Assembly: GCA_030683155.1 (NCBI GenBank)
Contig: JAUXMV010000019.1
Location: 6,422 to 70,421 of the forward strand
Direction: 5' to 3'
DNA: 64,000 nt
DNA from: Bacteroidales bacterium
Lineage (GTDB): Bacteria > Bacteroidota > Bacteroidia > Bacteroidales > F082
Below are positions 48,411 through 58,755 of the stretch, one piece after another; position 1 is the first letter of the stretch, and each line of letters opens with the position of its first letter. The notes beneath the pieces were generated by a model that was not told the origin of the DNA, made no database searches, and was given only the letters and a program-made list of their open reading frames with translations. The position numbers were made by a program, and so were the translations under genes.

Positions 48411-51400
48411 GTGTAATGTTTTTTGATTCGCTTGAAATAAGAAGGTAAATAGCTGGCACTACATACAAGGTAAGAAATGTTGAAAGTGTTAGTCCGCCAA
48501 CAACGGCAACCCCCATAGCCACGCGGCTTTGAGCACCTTCGCCCCAGCCAAGGGCAAGTGGCAAAACACCAAGTACGGTTGACAAACTTGTCATCAGAAT
48601 TGGTCTGAACCTTGCGGCAGAAGCATAGCGAATGGCGTTGAGTTTGTTCATCCCTGCTTCTTTACGCTGATTGGCAAATTCAACAATCAGGATCCCGTTT
48701 TTTGAAACAAGGCCTATGAGCATGATAATGCCAATTTCGCTGAAAATATTCATCGTGATGTTAAAGTACCACATAAAAAGCAAGGCTCCGGTGATCGCCA
48801 GAGGAACTGTCATCATCACGATGATAGGATCTTTGAAACTTTCAAACTGTGCAGAAAGCACTAAAAAAATCAAAACGATTGCCAATAAAAAGGCAAACAT
48901 GAGGCTCGAAGAGCTCTCCATAAAATCTTTAGAATCGCCTGAAAGTGCAGTCCTGAAAGAATCGTCAAGCACCTTCTCTGCGATTTTGTCCATCTCCTCA
49001 ATACCCTGACTGATGGTTTTTCCATCTGCCAGACCTGAAGAAATTGTAGCGGCAACAAAACGGTTGTAACGATAAAGTTGAGGAGGTGCAGTTGACTCCT
49101 GCAAAATGATGAAATTATCAAGCTGAATCATATTGCCTTTATCATTTCTCACATACAAAGACTTCAAATCCAGTGGCTTATTTCTGTCTTCGCGGGCAAG
49201 TTCACCTAAAATCTGGTATTGTTTGCCGTTCATAATAAAATAGCCAAATCGCTGTCCGCTCAATGCCAGCTGCAAAGTCTGTCCAATATTTTGTGTGGAA
49301 ACACCTAAAAGATTGGCTTTATCGCGATTGATAACAATCTGAAGCTCAGGCTTTGTAAATTTCAAATTCACATCGGCCATAACGAAAGTAGGGTTATCCT
49401 GAACTTCTGCCATAAATGCAGGGAGCACTTCGCGAAGTTTATCAATGGTGGGCGCTTGCAGCACATATTGAATTGGGAGACCTGCCCGACGACCTCCAAA
49501 CGTTGATTGCTGAATAACATTAGCCCTTGAACGTGTCATTTTTCTTAACGCTGCCGAAAGTCTATTCGCAATCTCTTGTTGTGTTTCATCTCTTTCAGAA
49601 GGATCGACCAAAGTTACGCGGACAAAACCACCTCCACCCCAAGCTCTTTCTGTAATCTTATCATAGTCCGGAATGATTTTTTCTATCAATTGCGCAACCT
49701 CAGTGATATAAGTTTGGTTAAACTCATAAGTGGAACCTTCCTGTGAGGACACATTTACGTTGAATGAAGATCTGTCTTCAAGTGGAGCCATTTCAGCAGG
49801 AATATTTTTATAAAGAACATAAATCAACACAAAAGCTGACCCTAGAATTGCTATAGCAATATATTTTTTTGCAAGAAATGTATCAAGTGACTTTTGATAA
49901 GCATTGTTCAACGCAATAAAATACTTTTCAGATGCATTATACGCCTTGCTTCTTTTATGTCTGGTTTTCAAGAATTTAGTTGATAACATGGGCGTAAAAG
50001 TAAGGGCCACAAAGGAGGAAATCGCTACTGCGCCAGCAATCACAATGCTAAATTCCCTGAATAGTCTTCCGGTCATTCCTTCCAGAAAAACAATCGGAAT
50101 AAACACTGCAACAAGTGTGATTGTTGTTGAAATAATGGCAAAAAATATTTCATTCGAACCACTGATTCCTGCTTCAAGCGGGGTCATTCCCTGCTCAATT
50201 TTGACATAAATGTTTTCCATCATCACAATGGCATCATCAACAACAAGACCAATGGAAAGAACGATGGCAAGAAGTGTAAGAACATTAATGGTATAGCCGG
50301 CGACGTACATGATAAAAAAGGCTCCTACCAATGAAATTGGGATAACCAGAATCGGTATGATGGTGGTACGCCAATCGCGCAGAAAGACGAAAATGATAAT
50401 TATAACCAATAAAAATGCAAGGTATATGGTTGACTGCACTTCCTTGATTGATGAACGTATATATTGCGTGTTATCGAAACCAACATCATACTGCACATCG
50501 TCAGGCAGGTTCTTTTTTATGTATTCTAATCTTGCGTAAATTTCATCTACAATATCAATATGATTGGCTCCGGGCTGAGGAACTATTACTGCAGCAACCA
50601 TAGGAATTCCATTCATCTTCATTATTCCGCGCAAATCTTCAGGCCCAAGTTCTGCTCTTCCAATGTCGCTAACTCTAACAATTTGATCGCCTGTCTGCCT
50701 TAAAATGAGACTGTTGAACTCCTGTGGAGTCGTCATCAGCCCCAAAGCCCTGATCGTAAGTTCAGTATTTGTTCCCTCAATACTTCCGGCCGGAAGCTCA
50801 ACATTTTCTCTTAGGATTGCATTTCTAACATCAAGTGGTGTCATTTGGTAGCCTGCCAGTTTTGCCGGATCAAGCCAGATGCGCATTGCATAACGCTTTT
50901 CGCCCCAAATCATAACAGCGCTTACGCCCGAAATGGTTTGCAACTGTTCTTTAAAAGTTAGCTCAGCAATTTCTGAAATTTCCAGAAGTGACCTTTGCGT
51001 GCTTTTCACCGCAATCATCATAATAGGACTTGCGTCAGCATCGGCTTTTGACACTGTTGGCGGATCGCAGTCGCGTGGCAGAAAACGTTGTGCTTGTGAT
51101 ACTTTATCCCGCACATCATTGGCGGCAGCTTCCATATCAACCGAAAGTTCAAACTCAACAGTGATATTACTGCTCCCTTGTCTGCTGCTGCTCGTAAGGG
51201 TGCGAATACCGGGTATGCCATTGATTGACTGCTCCAAAGGTTCTGTAATCTGCGTTTCAATCACGTCAGAGTTTGCGCCGGGATAAGAAGTCCGGACAGA
51301 AATTATGGGTGGGTCGACGCTTGGAAACTCTCTGACGCCGAGATATGTCATGCCAATCAAGCCAAAAAGAAGAATAACCAATGAAAAGACTGTGGCCAGA

Positions 51401-51435
51401 ACAGGCCGTTTTATGCTAATGGATGACAAACTCAT
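48382..51435 (-). CDS. RND efflux transporter permease (AcrB/HAE1-like)
   Basis: 1017 aa. The N-terminus SIKRPVLATVFSLVILLFG and a 12-TM architecture are typical of AcrB-type pumps. Confidence 0.92.
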   Translation of the reverse strand: MSLSSISIKRPVLATVFSLVILLFGLIGMTYLGVREFPSVDPPIISVRTSYPGANSDVIETQITEPLEQSINGIPGIRTLTSSSRQGSSNITVEFELSVDMEAAANDVRDKVSQAQRFLPRDCDPPTVSKADADASPIMMIAVKSTQRSLLEISEIAELTFKEQLQTISGVSAVMIWGEKRYAMRIWLDPAKLAGYQMTPLDVRNAILRENVELPAGSIEGTNTELTIRALGLMTTPQEFNSLILRQTGDQIVRVSDIGRAELGPEDLRGIMKMNGIPMVAAVIVPQPGANHIDIVDEIYARLEYIKKNLPDDVQYDVGFDNTQYIRSSIKEVQSTIYLAFLLVIIIIFVFLRDWRTTIIPILVIPISLVGAFFIMYVAGYTINVLTLLAIVLSIGLVVDDAIVMMENIYVKIEQGMTPLEAGISGSNEIFFAIISTTITLVAVFIPIVFLEGMTGRLFREFSIVIAGAVAISSFVALTFTPMLSTKFLKTRHKRSKAYNASEKYFIALNNAYQKSLDTFLAKKYIAIAILGSAFVLIYVLYKNIPAEMAPLEDRSSFNVNVSSQEGSTYEFNQTYITEVAQLIEKIIPDYDKITERAWGGGGFVRVTLVDPSERDETQQEIANRLSAALRKMTRSRANVIQQSTFGGRRAGLPIQYVLQAPTIDKLREVLPAFMAEVQDNPTFVMADVNLKFTKPELQIVINRDKANLLGVSTQNIGQTLQLALSGQRFGYFIMNGKQYQILGELAREDRNKPLDLKSLYVRNDKGNMIQLDNFIILQESTAPPQLYRYNRFVAATISSGLADGKTISQGIEEMDKIAEKVLDDSFRTALSGDSKDFMESSSSLMFAFLLAIVLIFLVLSAQFESFKDPIIVMMTVPLAITGALLFMWYFNITMNIFSEIGIIMLIGLVSKNGILIVEFANQRKEAGMNKLNAIRYASAARFRPILMTSLSTVLGVLPLALGWGEGAQSRVAMGVAVVGGLTLSTFLTLYVVPAIYLLISSESKNITHEQNYPVEV

Positions 51436-52559
51436 AGTTCAGAATTTACTTGTTTATTGGTAACTATAGTATCAAGCTGAACAGGTGTCTGATGCCTAAG
51501 CTGCAAAATCGCAGACGTAAGCAATGTGTCGCCAAAATTGAGGCCTGATCTGATCTGTACATGCGATTCAGTGCGCAGCCCGAGCGTAACTCTGACTTCT
51601 TCTGCCTTACCATTTCTGTAAACAAAAACCTTTTCACCGTCCATTTCAGGAATAATTGCCTGTGTTGGCACTGAGATCGCGTTTTCGATTTGCGAAAGCA
51701 ATGCTCTCACACTTGCAAAACGACCCGGCTTCAATTCTTCGTTGAGGTTTGGATAAAGAGCCCTGACGATAATTGTGCGTGTATTGACATCTACCTTTGG
51801 TGCAACAGCATACACCTTGGCATTAAACGTTTTATGAATGCCGTCAACAACAAAAGTTACCGGAAAACCAGGTAAAATTTCGCCCGCATACCTTTCAGGA
51901 ACAGAAAACTCAAGTTTCAAAGGACTTATTTTGACGAGTTGAACGATTTTGGTTTGCGTGGTTGCAAATGCACCTTCGCTGATCATCCTCAAGCCAACAA
52001 CACCATCAAAAGGGGCTCTTAATTCAGTTTCAGAAATGCGTGCTTTGCTGAGCAGAATATCAGCTTCTAAAGATTGTAATTCTGTTAAAGCCTGATCATA
52101 ACTTTCACGGCTGATGGCATCACTGCTAAGCAATTGCCGTTGACGAAACTCACGTTCCATACTAAGTTTGAGTTGAGCCTGAAGCTTTAAAAGCTGAGCC
52201 TGAAGTGGTCTGTCATTGATTTTTGCCATCAACTCACCCTTTTTGACGCGACTTCCCTCATTAAAAAATATTTCAACCACCTTTCCCGCTGTTTCGAAAG
52301 CAAGTTCAACTTCTTCGTCTGGAATCAATGAGCCGGTGCTATAAATCATTTCGTTCATGTTACCCGGAACAATAACATATCCGCTGGCATACAAGGGCTG
52401 TCCTCCACTTCTTGAAGTCTGGGTTGGTGCTGGAACCTTATTTTTTGAGCCGGAAAGAAGCCATGGTTTTAGCTTGGGATAGAAAATAATTCCAAGAAGA
52501 ACCACCGTCAGTATGACAATAATAGAAGTCCTGAATGATTTTTTGGATGACAATGCCAT
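51432..52559 (-). CDS. RND efflux periplasmic adaptor (membrane fusion protein)
   Basis: Has an N-terminal anchor plus lipoyl-like, coiled-coil and beta-barrel segments. It overlaps the pump gene by 4 nt. Confidence 0.88.
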   Translation of the reverse strand: MALSSKKSFRTSIIVILTVVLLGIIFYPKLKPWLLSGSKNKVPAPTQTSRSGGQPLYASGYVIVPGNMNEMIYSTGSLIPDEEVELAFETAGKVVEIFFNEGSRVKKGELMAKINDRPLQAQLLKLQAQLKLSMEREFRQRQLLSSDAISRESYDQALTELQSLEADILLSKARISETELRAPFDGVVGLRMISEGAFATTQTKIVQLVKISPLKLEFSVPERYAGEILPGFPVTFVVDGIHKTFNAKVYAVAPKVDVNTRTIIVRALYPNLNEELKPGRFASVRALLSQIENAISVPTQAIIPEMDGEKVFVYRNGKAEEVRVTLGLRTESHVQIRSGLNFGDTLLTSAILQLRHQTPVQLDTIVTNKQVNSEL

Positions 52560-52885
52560 TTGATAAATTTTATAAAAACTTGTTAACTATGTTTACTTTA
52601 AGCATTTCATGTATGCTTATAACATCTCAAAAGGTGGTAGTACAAAAGTACTAATTCTTTATTAAACCGAGGCTGACAATTTCATGAATTGATGGAGGAC
52701 AGCCAAATAAATAAACTCTGCATGTTTGGTCTTAGTTCAGAAACACCTGGAATTAAAGAAATTCGCAAAATACATTGCTTTGAAATTGTTTCATCAAGGC
52801 TTCCAAAAGAAAGTAATCTCAGAAATTTCTGCTCTAATGTTAAAACCTTAAATAAAACAAAAAGCAATGATTTGAAACAAAAAAA

Positions 52886-52908
52886 AGCAGCACAATGGCT
52901 GCTTTTTT
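52886..52908 (-). terminator. Terminator hairpin downstream of ssrA
   Basis: The stem AGCAGC / GCTGCT is flanked by A and T runs on both sides, so it could act bidirectionally. Confidence 0.5.
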
Positions 52909-52909
52909 G

Positions 52910-53303
52910 TGGAGCTGCAGGGAGTCGAACCCTGGTCCAAACAAGGAATACCTAAGCTTTCTACATGCTTATGCTGTTATTGGTTTTCGTACAGTGCAAG
53001 GAAACAGCCATCCTAAACCCTGTCTTATCTTCTGAATTTCGCTTTGGTGTCGAAGTTCCGCCAAAGCTATCCCGAATTTGATTAGCACCCCGTGATCAGG
53101 CCGGTATCAGGCATTTCCACCTGCGGGATGTCTCGTCCGGACACCTTGTGTCTGGATAAGCTTAATCTAATTTGATTAGATTAGGCTGCAAGAGCAAAAT
53201 TGTTTTCGCCAATTGTTGTTCGCGATCAAGATTTACGAGCGTCATCGCAAGGCTCGGCATGCTTACATAACCATTCATCTTGCTGTCAAAACCAGTCAGC
53301 CCC
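52910..53303 (-). ncRNA. ssrA: Transfer-messenger RNA (tmRNA)
   Basis: The minus strand starts GGGGCTGACTGGTTTTGACAGC. The tag frame GGC GAA AAC AAT TTT GCT CTT GCA GCC TAA encodes GENNFALAA and lies at 53181-53210. The 3' end is GGTTCGACTCCCTGCAGCTCCA, with a G3-U70 pair in the acceptor stem. Confidence 0.93.
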
Positions 53304-53544
53304 GATGTTTTGAATCCAGCAAAAACTTTGCCGGAAACAGCTGCAAAGATAGATAAAAAGTGAGCCCGTGTTGGGTAAATAATAAAATTCCTGCTAAATA
53401 TCTGATTGAAAGCATGTTTGAAAAAATAACAGCAAATAACTGAATCAGCAGAACTATTTCTGTGATGACATTGGTTCTTAAAAAAAGTCAAATACTGACA
53501 CACAAAAAATCATTTGACTACATTTGTCTTGAATTCAGTTTTTT

Positions 53545-54855
53545 ATGAACCTGCAAAAATTTAATATACTGGTAGCTGTTGCATTGCTTTCAATGATTGG
53601 CGTTGTTGTGATGCAGGTATACTGGGTTCAGAATGCAGTTCAGCTGAAGGAGGAGCAGTTCAGCCGAAGCGTGAGTATCGCAATGAAGTCTGTTTTGAAC
53701 AGAATACTTGAGCTGAATACTGACATTACAATAAAAAGACTTGCAGACGACTTGCCGTGCAATATTGGCAAAACAGATATAACTGAAGCTATTCCGCCAC
53801 GTCTGCTCGACTCTTTACTCCGGGTAGAACTTGGATGCATGAAAATTATGAAAGGCTATGAATATGCTGTTTACAATAAAGCAAACAATAAAATAGTCAT
53901 TGGAAATTCGAAAGATTTTGCAAGTGAGATCCATTTTTCTGAACATCAGCAAAGTGTGGAGGCACTTTTTAAGCCGGGAAGCTATTATTTATCATTGTAC
54001 TTTCCAAATCAAAAATCGACAGTGCTGAAACAGCTTTCAGGCTGGATGTTGCTTTCTGCGATCTTTTTACTGACGGTAATTTTGAGTTTCTGGTACACCA
54101 TATTTACAGTGTTCAGACAAAAGAAATTGTCTGAAATGAAAAGCGATTTCATCAACAATATGACCCATGAATTCAAAACGCCGATCTCTACTATCTCCAT
54201 TGCTGCTGAGATGCTGCTCAAAGAAAATGTTTACCGTTCTGAAGATCGTATAAAAAAATACGCTTTAGTGATTCTAAACGAAAACAAAAGACTTCAGCAA
54301 CAAGCTGAACAGGTGCTTCAAAGTGCTACACTGGAAAACGGAGCAATCAGACTTAATTTGAAAAAATCGGACATCCATCGTTTACTAAACAAAATCGTTG
54401 GCAACTTCGAGTTGCCCATAAAAGAGCTTTCCGGCAAGATAGAAACACATTTTAATGCTGACCCAATTGAAGTGTATGTTGACAGAATGCACATGACAAA
54501 TGTTTTTGCCAATCTGATAGAAAACGCAATCAAATATTCTGCAAATCCTCCGGAAATTTCAATCAATACAAATTTGCGCAAAGATGGCATTGCAATAAGC
54601 ATTTCCGACAAAGGGATTGGCATTGAAAAGGAAAACCAGAAATTGGTTTTTAAAAACCTTTTTCGGGTTCACACCGGTGATGTTCATAATGTAAAAGGCT
54701 TTGGCATAGGCCTTTTCTATGTGAAAAAAATTGTAGAAATGCATGGCGGTAAAATCACACTTCAAAGCGAGCCCAACAAAGGTTCCACATTTGAAGTTTT
54801 TTTACCTTTTAAAAATGAATTAAAAAATGAAAAGCATGAACACATTGACTCCTGA
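53545..54855 (+). CDS. Sensor histidine kinase (RprX/PhoR-like)
   Basis: Has two TM helices, the H-box MTHEFKTPIS and an HATPase domain with GIGLFYVKKIVEMHGG. Confidence 0.88.
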   Translation: MNLQKFNILVAVALLSMIGVVVMQVYWVQNAVQLKEEQFSRSVSIAMKSVLNRILELNTDITIKRLADDLPCNIGKTDITEAIPPRLLDSLLRVELGCMKIMKGYEYAVYNKANNKIVIGNSKDFASEIHFSEHQQSVEALFKPGSYYLSLYFPNQKSTVLKQLSGWMLLSAIFLLTVILSFWYTIFTVFRQKKLSEMKSDFINNMTHEFKTPISTISIAAEMLLKENVYRSEDRIKKYALVILNENKRLQQQAEQVLQSATLENGAIRLNLKKSDIHRLLNKIVGNFELPIKELSGKIETHFNADPIEVYVDRMHMTNVFANLIENAIKYSANPPEISINTNLRKDGIAISISDKGIGIEKENQKLVFKNLFRVHTGDVHNVKGFGIGLFYVKKIVEMHGGKITLQSEPNKGSTFEVFLPFKNELKNEKHEHIDS

Positions 54856-55552
54856 AGATTTTAAAATCCTGCTCGTGGAAGACGATCCTGGTTTAAGCAT
54901 GGTTTTGCAGGATTACCTTGAGCTGATGCAATACAAAACTATTCTTGGAGGCGATGGAGAAGAAGGTTTAGCGCGCTTCAAAGAACAAGAATTTGACTTG
55001 TGCATCCTTGATGTGATGCTTCCAAAAATGGATGGTTTTGCTCTGGCCACAGCCCTGAGACAAATTAAAAAAAATATCCCGATCATTTTTCTGACAGCAA
55101 AATCATTAAAAGAAGACCGGTTGAAGGGTTTTTTGCATGGTTGCGACGATTATATCACAAAACCATTTAGTACGGATGAACTCAATTTACGCATCAAAGC
55201 CATTCTTCGGAGATGCGTCGTGAGGTATCCTCAAATACATGCCGGAGAGCAAAAGATTTTCAACATTGGCAAGCTTGTTTTTGACGTCCCCAATCTTGAA
55301 ATTTCTTCAGAGAACGCAAAATACAGCCTCACCCGAAAAGAAGCAGGACTGCTGAAGCTGCTGTGCGAAAACGAAAACAAGCTGTTGTCACGCGAAATTG
55401 CACAACAAACAATCTGGGGAGAAAGTGATTATTTTATAAGCAGAAGCATGGATGTTTTTATAGCACGTCTACGAAAATATCTCAAAGAAGATCCTGATAT
55501 TAAGATAAAAAATGTACACGGCTCCGGGTTCATTCTTCAGGTAAATAAATGA
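54827..55552 (+). CDS. OmpR/PhoB-family response regulator
   Basis: Receiver domain (LLVEDD, LDVMLP) plus a winged-helix output domain. It overlaps the kinase gene. An alternative ATG is at 54836. Confidence 0.9.
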   Translation: MKSMNTLTPEDFKILLVEDDPGLSMVLQDYLELMQYKTILGGDGEEGLARFKEQEFDLCILDVMLPKMDGFALATALRQIKKNIPIIFLTAKSLKEDRLKGFLHGCDDYITKPFSTDELNLRIKAILRRCVVRYPQIHAGEQKIFNIGKLVFDVPNLEISSENAKYSLTRKEAGLLKLLCENENKLLSREIAQQTIWGESDYFISRSMDVFIARLRKYLKEDPDIKIKNVHGSGFILQVNK

Positions 55553-55636
55553 GGAAAAACTCATCGATATCAAGAATGGATGCTTGTTAAACTATAATTA
55601 TCAGATTTTTAACCTCTATTAAAAGCTCAAACACAA

Positions 55637-56050
55637 ATGACCAAAGAATCAAAATTAATGAGTGGTATTATCCTGCTCTCTATACCAACAATCATGTTTG
55701 GCGGCAACTTTCTGCTCGGACTTCTGTCGGGCAGCTACCCTGAAATGGAGCTCACAGAATTTCAAAAATCGATGTTCAGAGCCGGCCATGGTCATGCAGG
55801 CGTATTGGTAATTCTTGCCTTGATAGCGCAGTTTATGACAGATCATGCAAAACTGACCAATAGCTGGAAATGGATCGTAAGAAGCGGATTTCCAGCGGCA
55901 TCCATTCTGGTGAGCGGCGGCTTTTTTGCTGCTGCCGGCGGACCCGGATTGATCCAGCCCAATTCATTTATAGCAATTTTATATTTAGGAATTCTGGTGT
56001 TGACAGTTTCCCTTGTCGCGCTTGGAGCCGGCCTTATCCGAAGCAAATAG
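55637..56050 (+). CDS. Hypothetical membrane protein
   Basis: 137 aa with four hydrophobic helices. Confidence 0.55.
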   Translation: MTKESKLMSGIILLSIPTIMFGGNFLLGLLSGSYPEMELTEFQKSMFRAGHGHAGVLVILALIAQFMTDHAKLTNSWKWIVRSGFPAASILVSGGFFAAAGGPGLIQPNSFIAILYLGILVLTVSLVALGAGLIRSK

Positions 56051-56069
56051 CAGTCTCTGCAAAATGATT

Positions 56070-57197
56070 TTACTTCTCAGGAACAAGTTTAAAAAACAAG
56101 CCCGGGCCTTCAGTTAACGCATAAATATAGCCATCCGGGCCTTGTCTTATATCGCGGAATCGGGCAAATTCTTCCAGAAGTTTCTCGGTATAAACTACTT
56201 TGCTTCCATCAAAGACCAATCGTTGTATTTGTCTTCCTGCCAAAGCACCAACCAAAAGATTGTTTTTCCAGTTTGGATAAATATCGCTTGTGACGAAATC
56301 CATGCCGCAAGGTGCAATCGACGGAACCCAGTAATGGATTGGATCGGTGATGCCGGGTAAGGTAGTGTCGGTGGTAATGATGGTGCCATTATAGTTGATT
56401 CCGAAAGTAGCTTTTGGCCAGCCATAATTTGCGCCTTTTTGCTCGATGTTGATCTCATCACCCCCTTTTGGGCCGTGTTCGTGTGTCCACAATTCCTTTG
56501 TCACAGGATGAAGTGCCATGCCCTGAATGTTGCGGTGACCGTAGTTCCAGATTTCAGCTTTTGCTCCTTCCACACCAACATAAGGGTTGTCGGCTGGTAT
56601 GCTACCATCAGCATGAAGACGCATTACTTTTCCATTGTGGTTTGCCAGGGTTTGCGCATTGTTCATCACACCGCGATCTCCAATCGTGAAATAAAAAGCG
56701 TTTTCATTTTCAAAAACAATGCGGCAGCCAAAATGGTATTGCAATTCAGTGAAAGGGTCTCCTCTGAAAAGCTCCTCCAGTTGAACAAGATTATTTCCTT
56801 CAAGCTTTGCCCTTGCGATAGCCGTACTTCCAATGGCGCCTTCATTGGTGGAATAGGCAAGATAAATCCAGCCATTATTTTCATAATCAGGGTGTAAAAC
56901 AACATCGAGAAGCCCACCCTGTCCATGCGCCCATATAACAGGCAAGCCTGAAACAGATTCCTTTGAAAGTTGACCGTTTTCAAAAATCCTGAGTTTTCCG
57001 GGTCTTTCGGCCAATAAAATTCTGCCATCCGGCAAAAAGGCCATACTCCATGGATTTTCTAGACCTTCGGCAAGTACTTCAACCCTGATTTTATGGGTAC
57101 TCTCAATATTTGGCACTTCAATCGGAGGATGTTGACTGCCTGTGCAGCCGAAGTAAACAAAGAGTGCCAAAAGGGAAACTGCAGATAATTTTTTCAT
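56070..57197 (-). CDS. PQQ-dependent sugar dehydrogenase (soluble aldose/sorbosone dehydrogenase family)
   Basis: Has a lipoprotein-type signal. Beta-propeller family motifs include GLENPWSMAFLPDGR, HFGCRIVF and GHRNIQG. Confidence 0.85.
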   Translation of the reverse strand: MKKLSAVSLLALFVYFGCTGSQHPPIEVPNIESTHKIRVEVLAEGLENPWSMAFLPDGRILLAERPGKLRIFENGQLSKESVSGLPVIWAHGQGGLLDVVLHPDYENNGWIYLAYSTNEGAIGSTAIARAKLEGNNLVQLEELFRGDPFTELQYHFGCRIVFENENAFYFTIGDRGVMNNAQTLANHNGKVMRLHADGSIPADNPYVGVEGAKAEIWNYGHRNIQGMALHPVTKELWTHEHGPKGGDEINIEQKGANYGWPKATFGINYNGTIITTDTTLPGITDPIHYWVPSIAPCGMDFVTSDIYPNWKNNLLVGALAGRQIQRLVFDGSKVVYTEKLLEEFARFRDIRQGPDGYIYALTEGPGLFFKLVPEK

Positions 57198-57388
57198 GAT
57201 AATGGAGATTTATGGGTTCAAAAAGTGGCATAAAAGTACAATAATCTAAACAAATCTTCTCCAATATCCATACAAAAACAATCCTAATGCAAACTTTCAG
57301 ACTAAAATCCAAAGAAACGCTTGCCAAATACTATCTTTGGCATTCAATAAGCCAAAGCGCTAAATTTCGGTTATCAAAACTTAAAAAT

Positions 57389-58270
57389 ATGGATGTAACT
57401 ATTAAGCATAAGGTGATTGTTTTCATTGCCTTTACATCAATAATTCAACTTGCATTTTATGGAAATATTCAGGCCCAGGAAACACTAAAAGTGATGAGTT
57501 GGAACATCCGTCTCGACACACCGCATGACGGCAAGTTTGCATGGGATTTCAGAAAAGAAAAATTTGTCGCCTTCGTGAAAGAGCAAAAAGCCGATTTACT
57601 TGGCTTTCAGGAGTTGCTTCATAACCAACTGACTTATACCGCTGATCATCTGACTGAATACAGTTGGTTTGGTGTTGGAAGAACTGATGGAAAAATGGCG
57701 GGAGAATATTCGCCGGTATTTTTCAAAACTGAGCGCTTTGATTTTTTGCAGGGAGGAAATTTCTGGCTCTCTGAGGAGCCTGAAACTGCAGGTTCGAAAG
57801 GATGGGATGCAGCTTATGAAAGAATAGTGAGCTGGGTGCAGTTGTTTGATAAAAATTCAGGAGATACACTTTGGTTTTTCAACACGCATTTCGACCATAT
57901 TGGTGAAGAAGCACGCAAAAACAGCGCTTTACTTATCCTTCGGAAAATAAATGAGCTTACAATCGGGCAAACAACAATATTAACAGGAGACTTGAATGTT
58001 AAACCGGATAATGAAGCCTACAAAATGATGAGCAATCCACCTTCTTTGTTGTTTGATTCGCGCAAAATTGCCTTTGGAAGCAAGATGTACGAGCAGAATA
58101 CTTTTACTGGTTTTGATGATGATCCGTCCAATGATTCACTCATTGACTATATTTTTCACACGCAAACATTGCAACCCCATAGTTATGAAGTATTCCTGCC
58201 GAATACTGATGACTTTTACTATTCCGATCATCTGCCTGTCGTTACTGTTTTCAACCTTAATACTAAATGA
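57389..58270 (+). CDS. Endonuclease/exonuclease/phosphatase (EEP) family protein, secreted
   Basis: A signal-like N-terminus follows the ATG at 57389. EEP motifs are MSWNIR, GFQE, FNTHFDH, GDLN and SDHLPV. Confidence 0.82.
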   Translation: MDVTIKHKVIVFIAFTSIIQLAFYGNIQAQETLKVMSWNIRLDTPHDGKFAWDFRKEKFVAFVKEQKADLLGFQELLHNQLTYTADHLTEYSWFGVGRTDGKMAGEYSPVFFKTERFDFLQGGNFWLSEEPETAGSKGWDAAYERIVSWVQLFDKNSGDTLWFFNTHFDHIGEEARKNSALLILRKINELTIGQTTILTGDLNVKPDNEAYKMMSNPPSLLFDSRKIAFGSKMYEQNTFTGFDDDPSNDSLIDYIFHTQTLQPHSYEVFLPNTDDFYYSDHLPVVTVFNLNTK

Positions 58271-58341
58271 CATTTAGAGATTTGTGCCGATAATACAGAT
58301 CATTGGAAAATGCGAATTAAGCAATCGGAGTTAGTCTCTAT

Positions 58342-58433
58342 GGGTTTCGCTGAACAACGTACAGACCAAAAAGCCATTACACCTCAGCAGTAAAAAGGTT
58401 CATTTATTAGGGCTTTTCGGCTTAGTGTTGTGG
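58342..58433 (-). repeat. Non-coding element B, copy 2 (inverted relative to copy 1)
   Basis: The reverse complement aligns with 18067-18162, including a 26-nt exact core. It starts 8 nt after the antitoxin stop codon. Confidence 0.85.
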
Positions 58434-58440
58434 GCCGTAC

Positions 58441-58755
58441 TTATTGTCCAAGACTGATTTTGAAATGAGGTAATTCAACACTTAACATAACTTTCGCCTG
58501 TAAAGCGTTGAATACTCTCATAAGCGTCTCTATTGTTACGTTACTGGCATTATTTTCAATTCTTGAAATTTGTGCTTTTTGAACGCCAATAAGTTTTCCT
58601 AGCTCCGCCTGGGTTAATTTTCGCTCTTGTCTGGTCTGTTTTATAGCTTGCCCAATCAAGTCCATTTGCAATTCATATTCAAATCTGTCTCGGTTTGGAG
58701 TGCCAATTTTCCCGATAAGTTTGTCTTGAACTTCGTCTAATGTATGAGTTTTCAT
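58441..58755 (-). CDS. XRE-family HTH antitoxin (HigA-like)
   Basis: The HTH is LTQAELGKLIGVQKAQISRIENN. It overlaps the upstream toxin gene by 4 nt. Confidence 0.85.
   Translation of the reverse strand: MKTHTLDEVQDKLIGKIGTPNRDRFEYELQMDLIGQAIKQTRQERKLTQAELGKLIGVQKAQISRIENNASNVTIETLMRVFNALQAKVMLSVELPHFKISLGQ

Noticed and set aside
53162-53503. 113-aa minus-strand ORF
   Set aside because: It runs through the tmRNA gene (52910-53303), and the reading frame is an artefact of the structured RNA.
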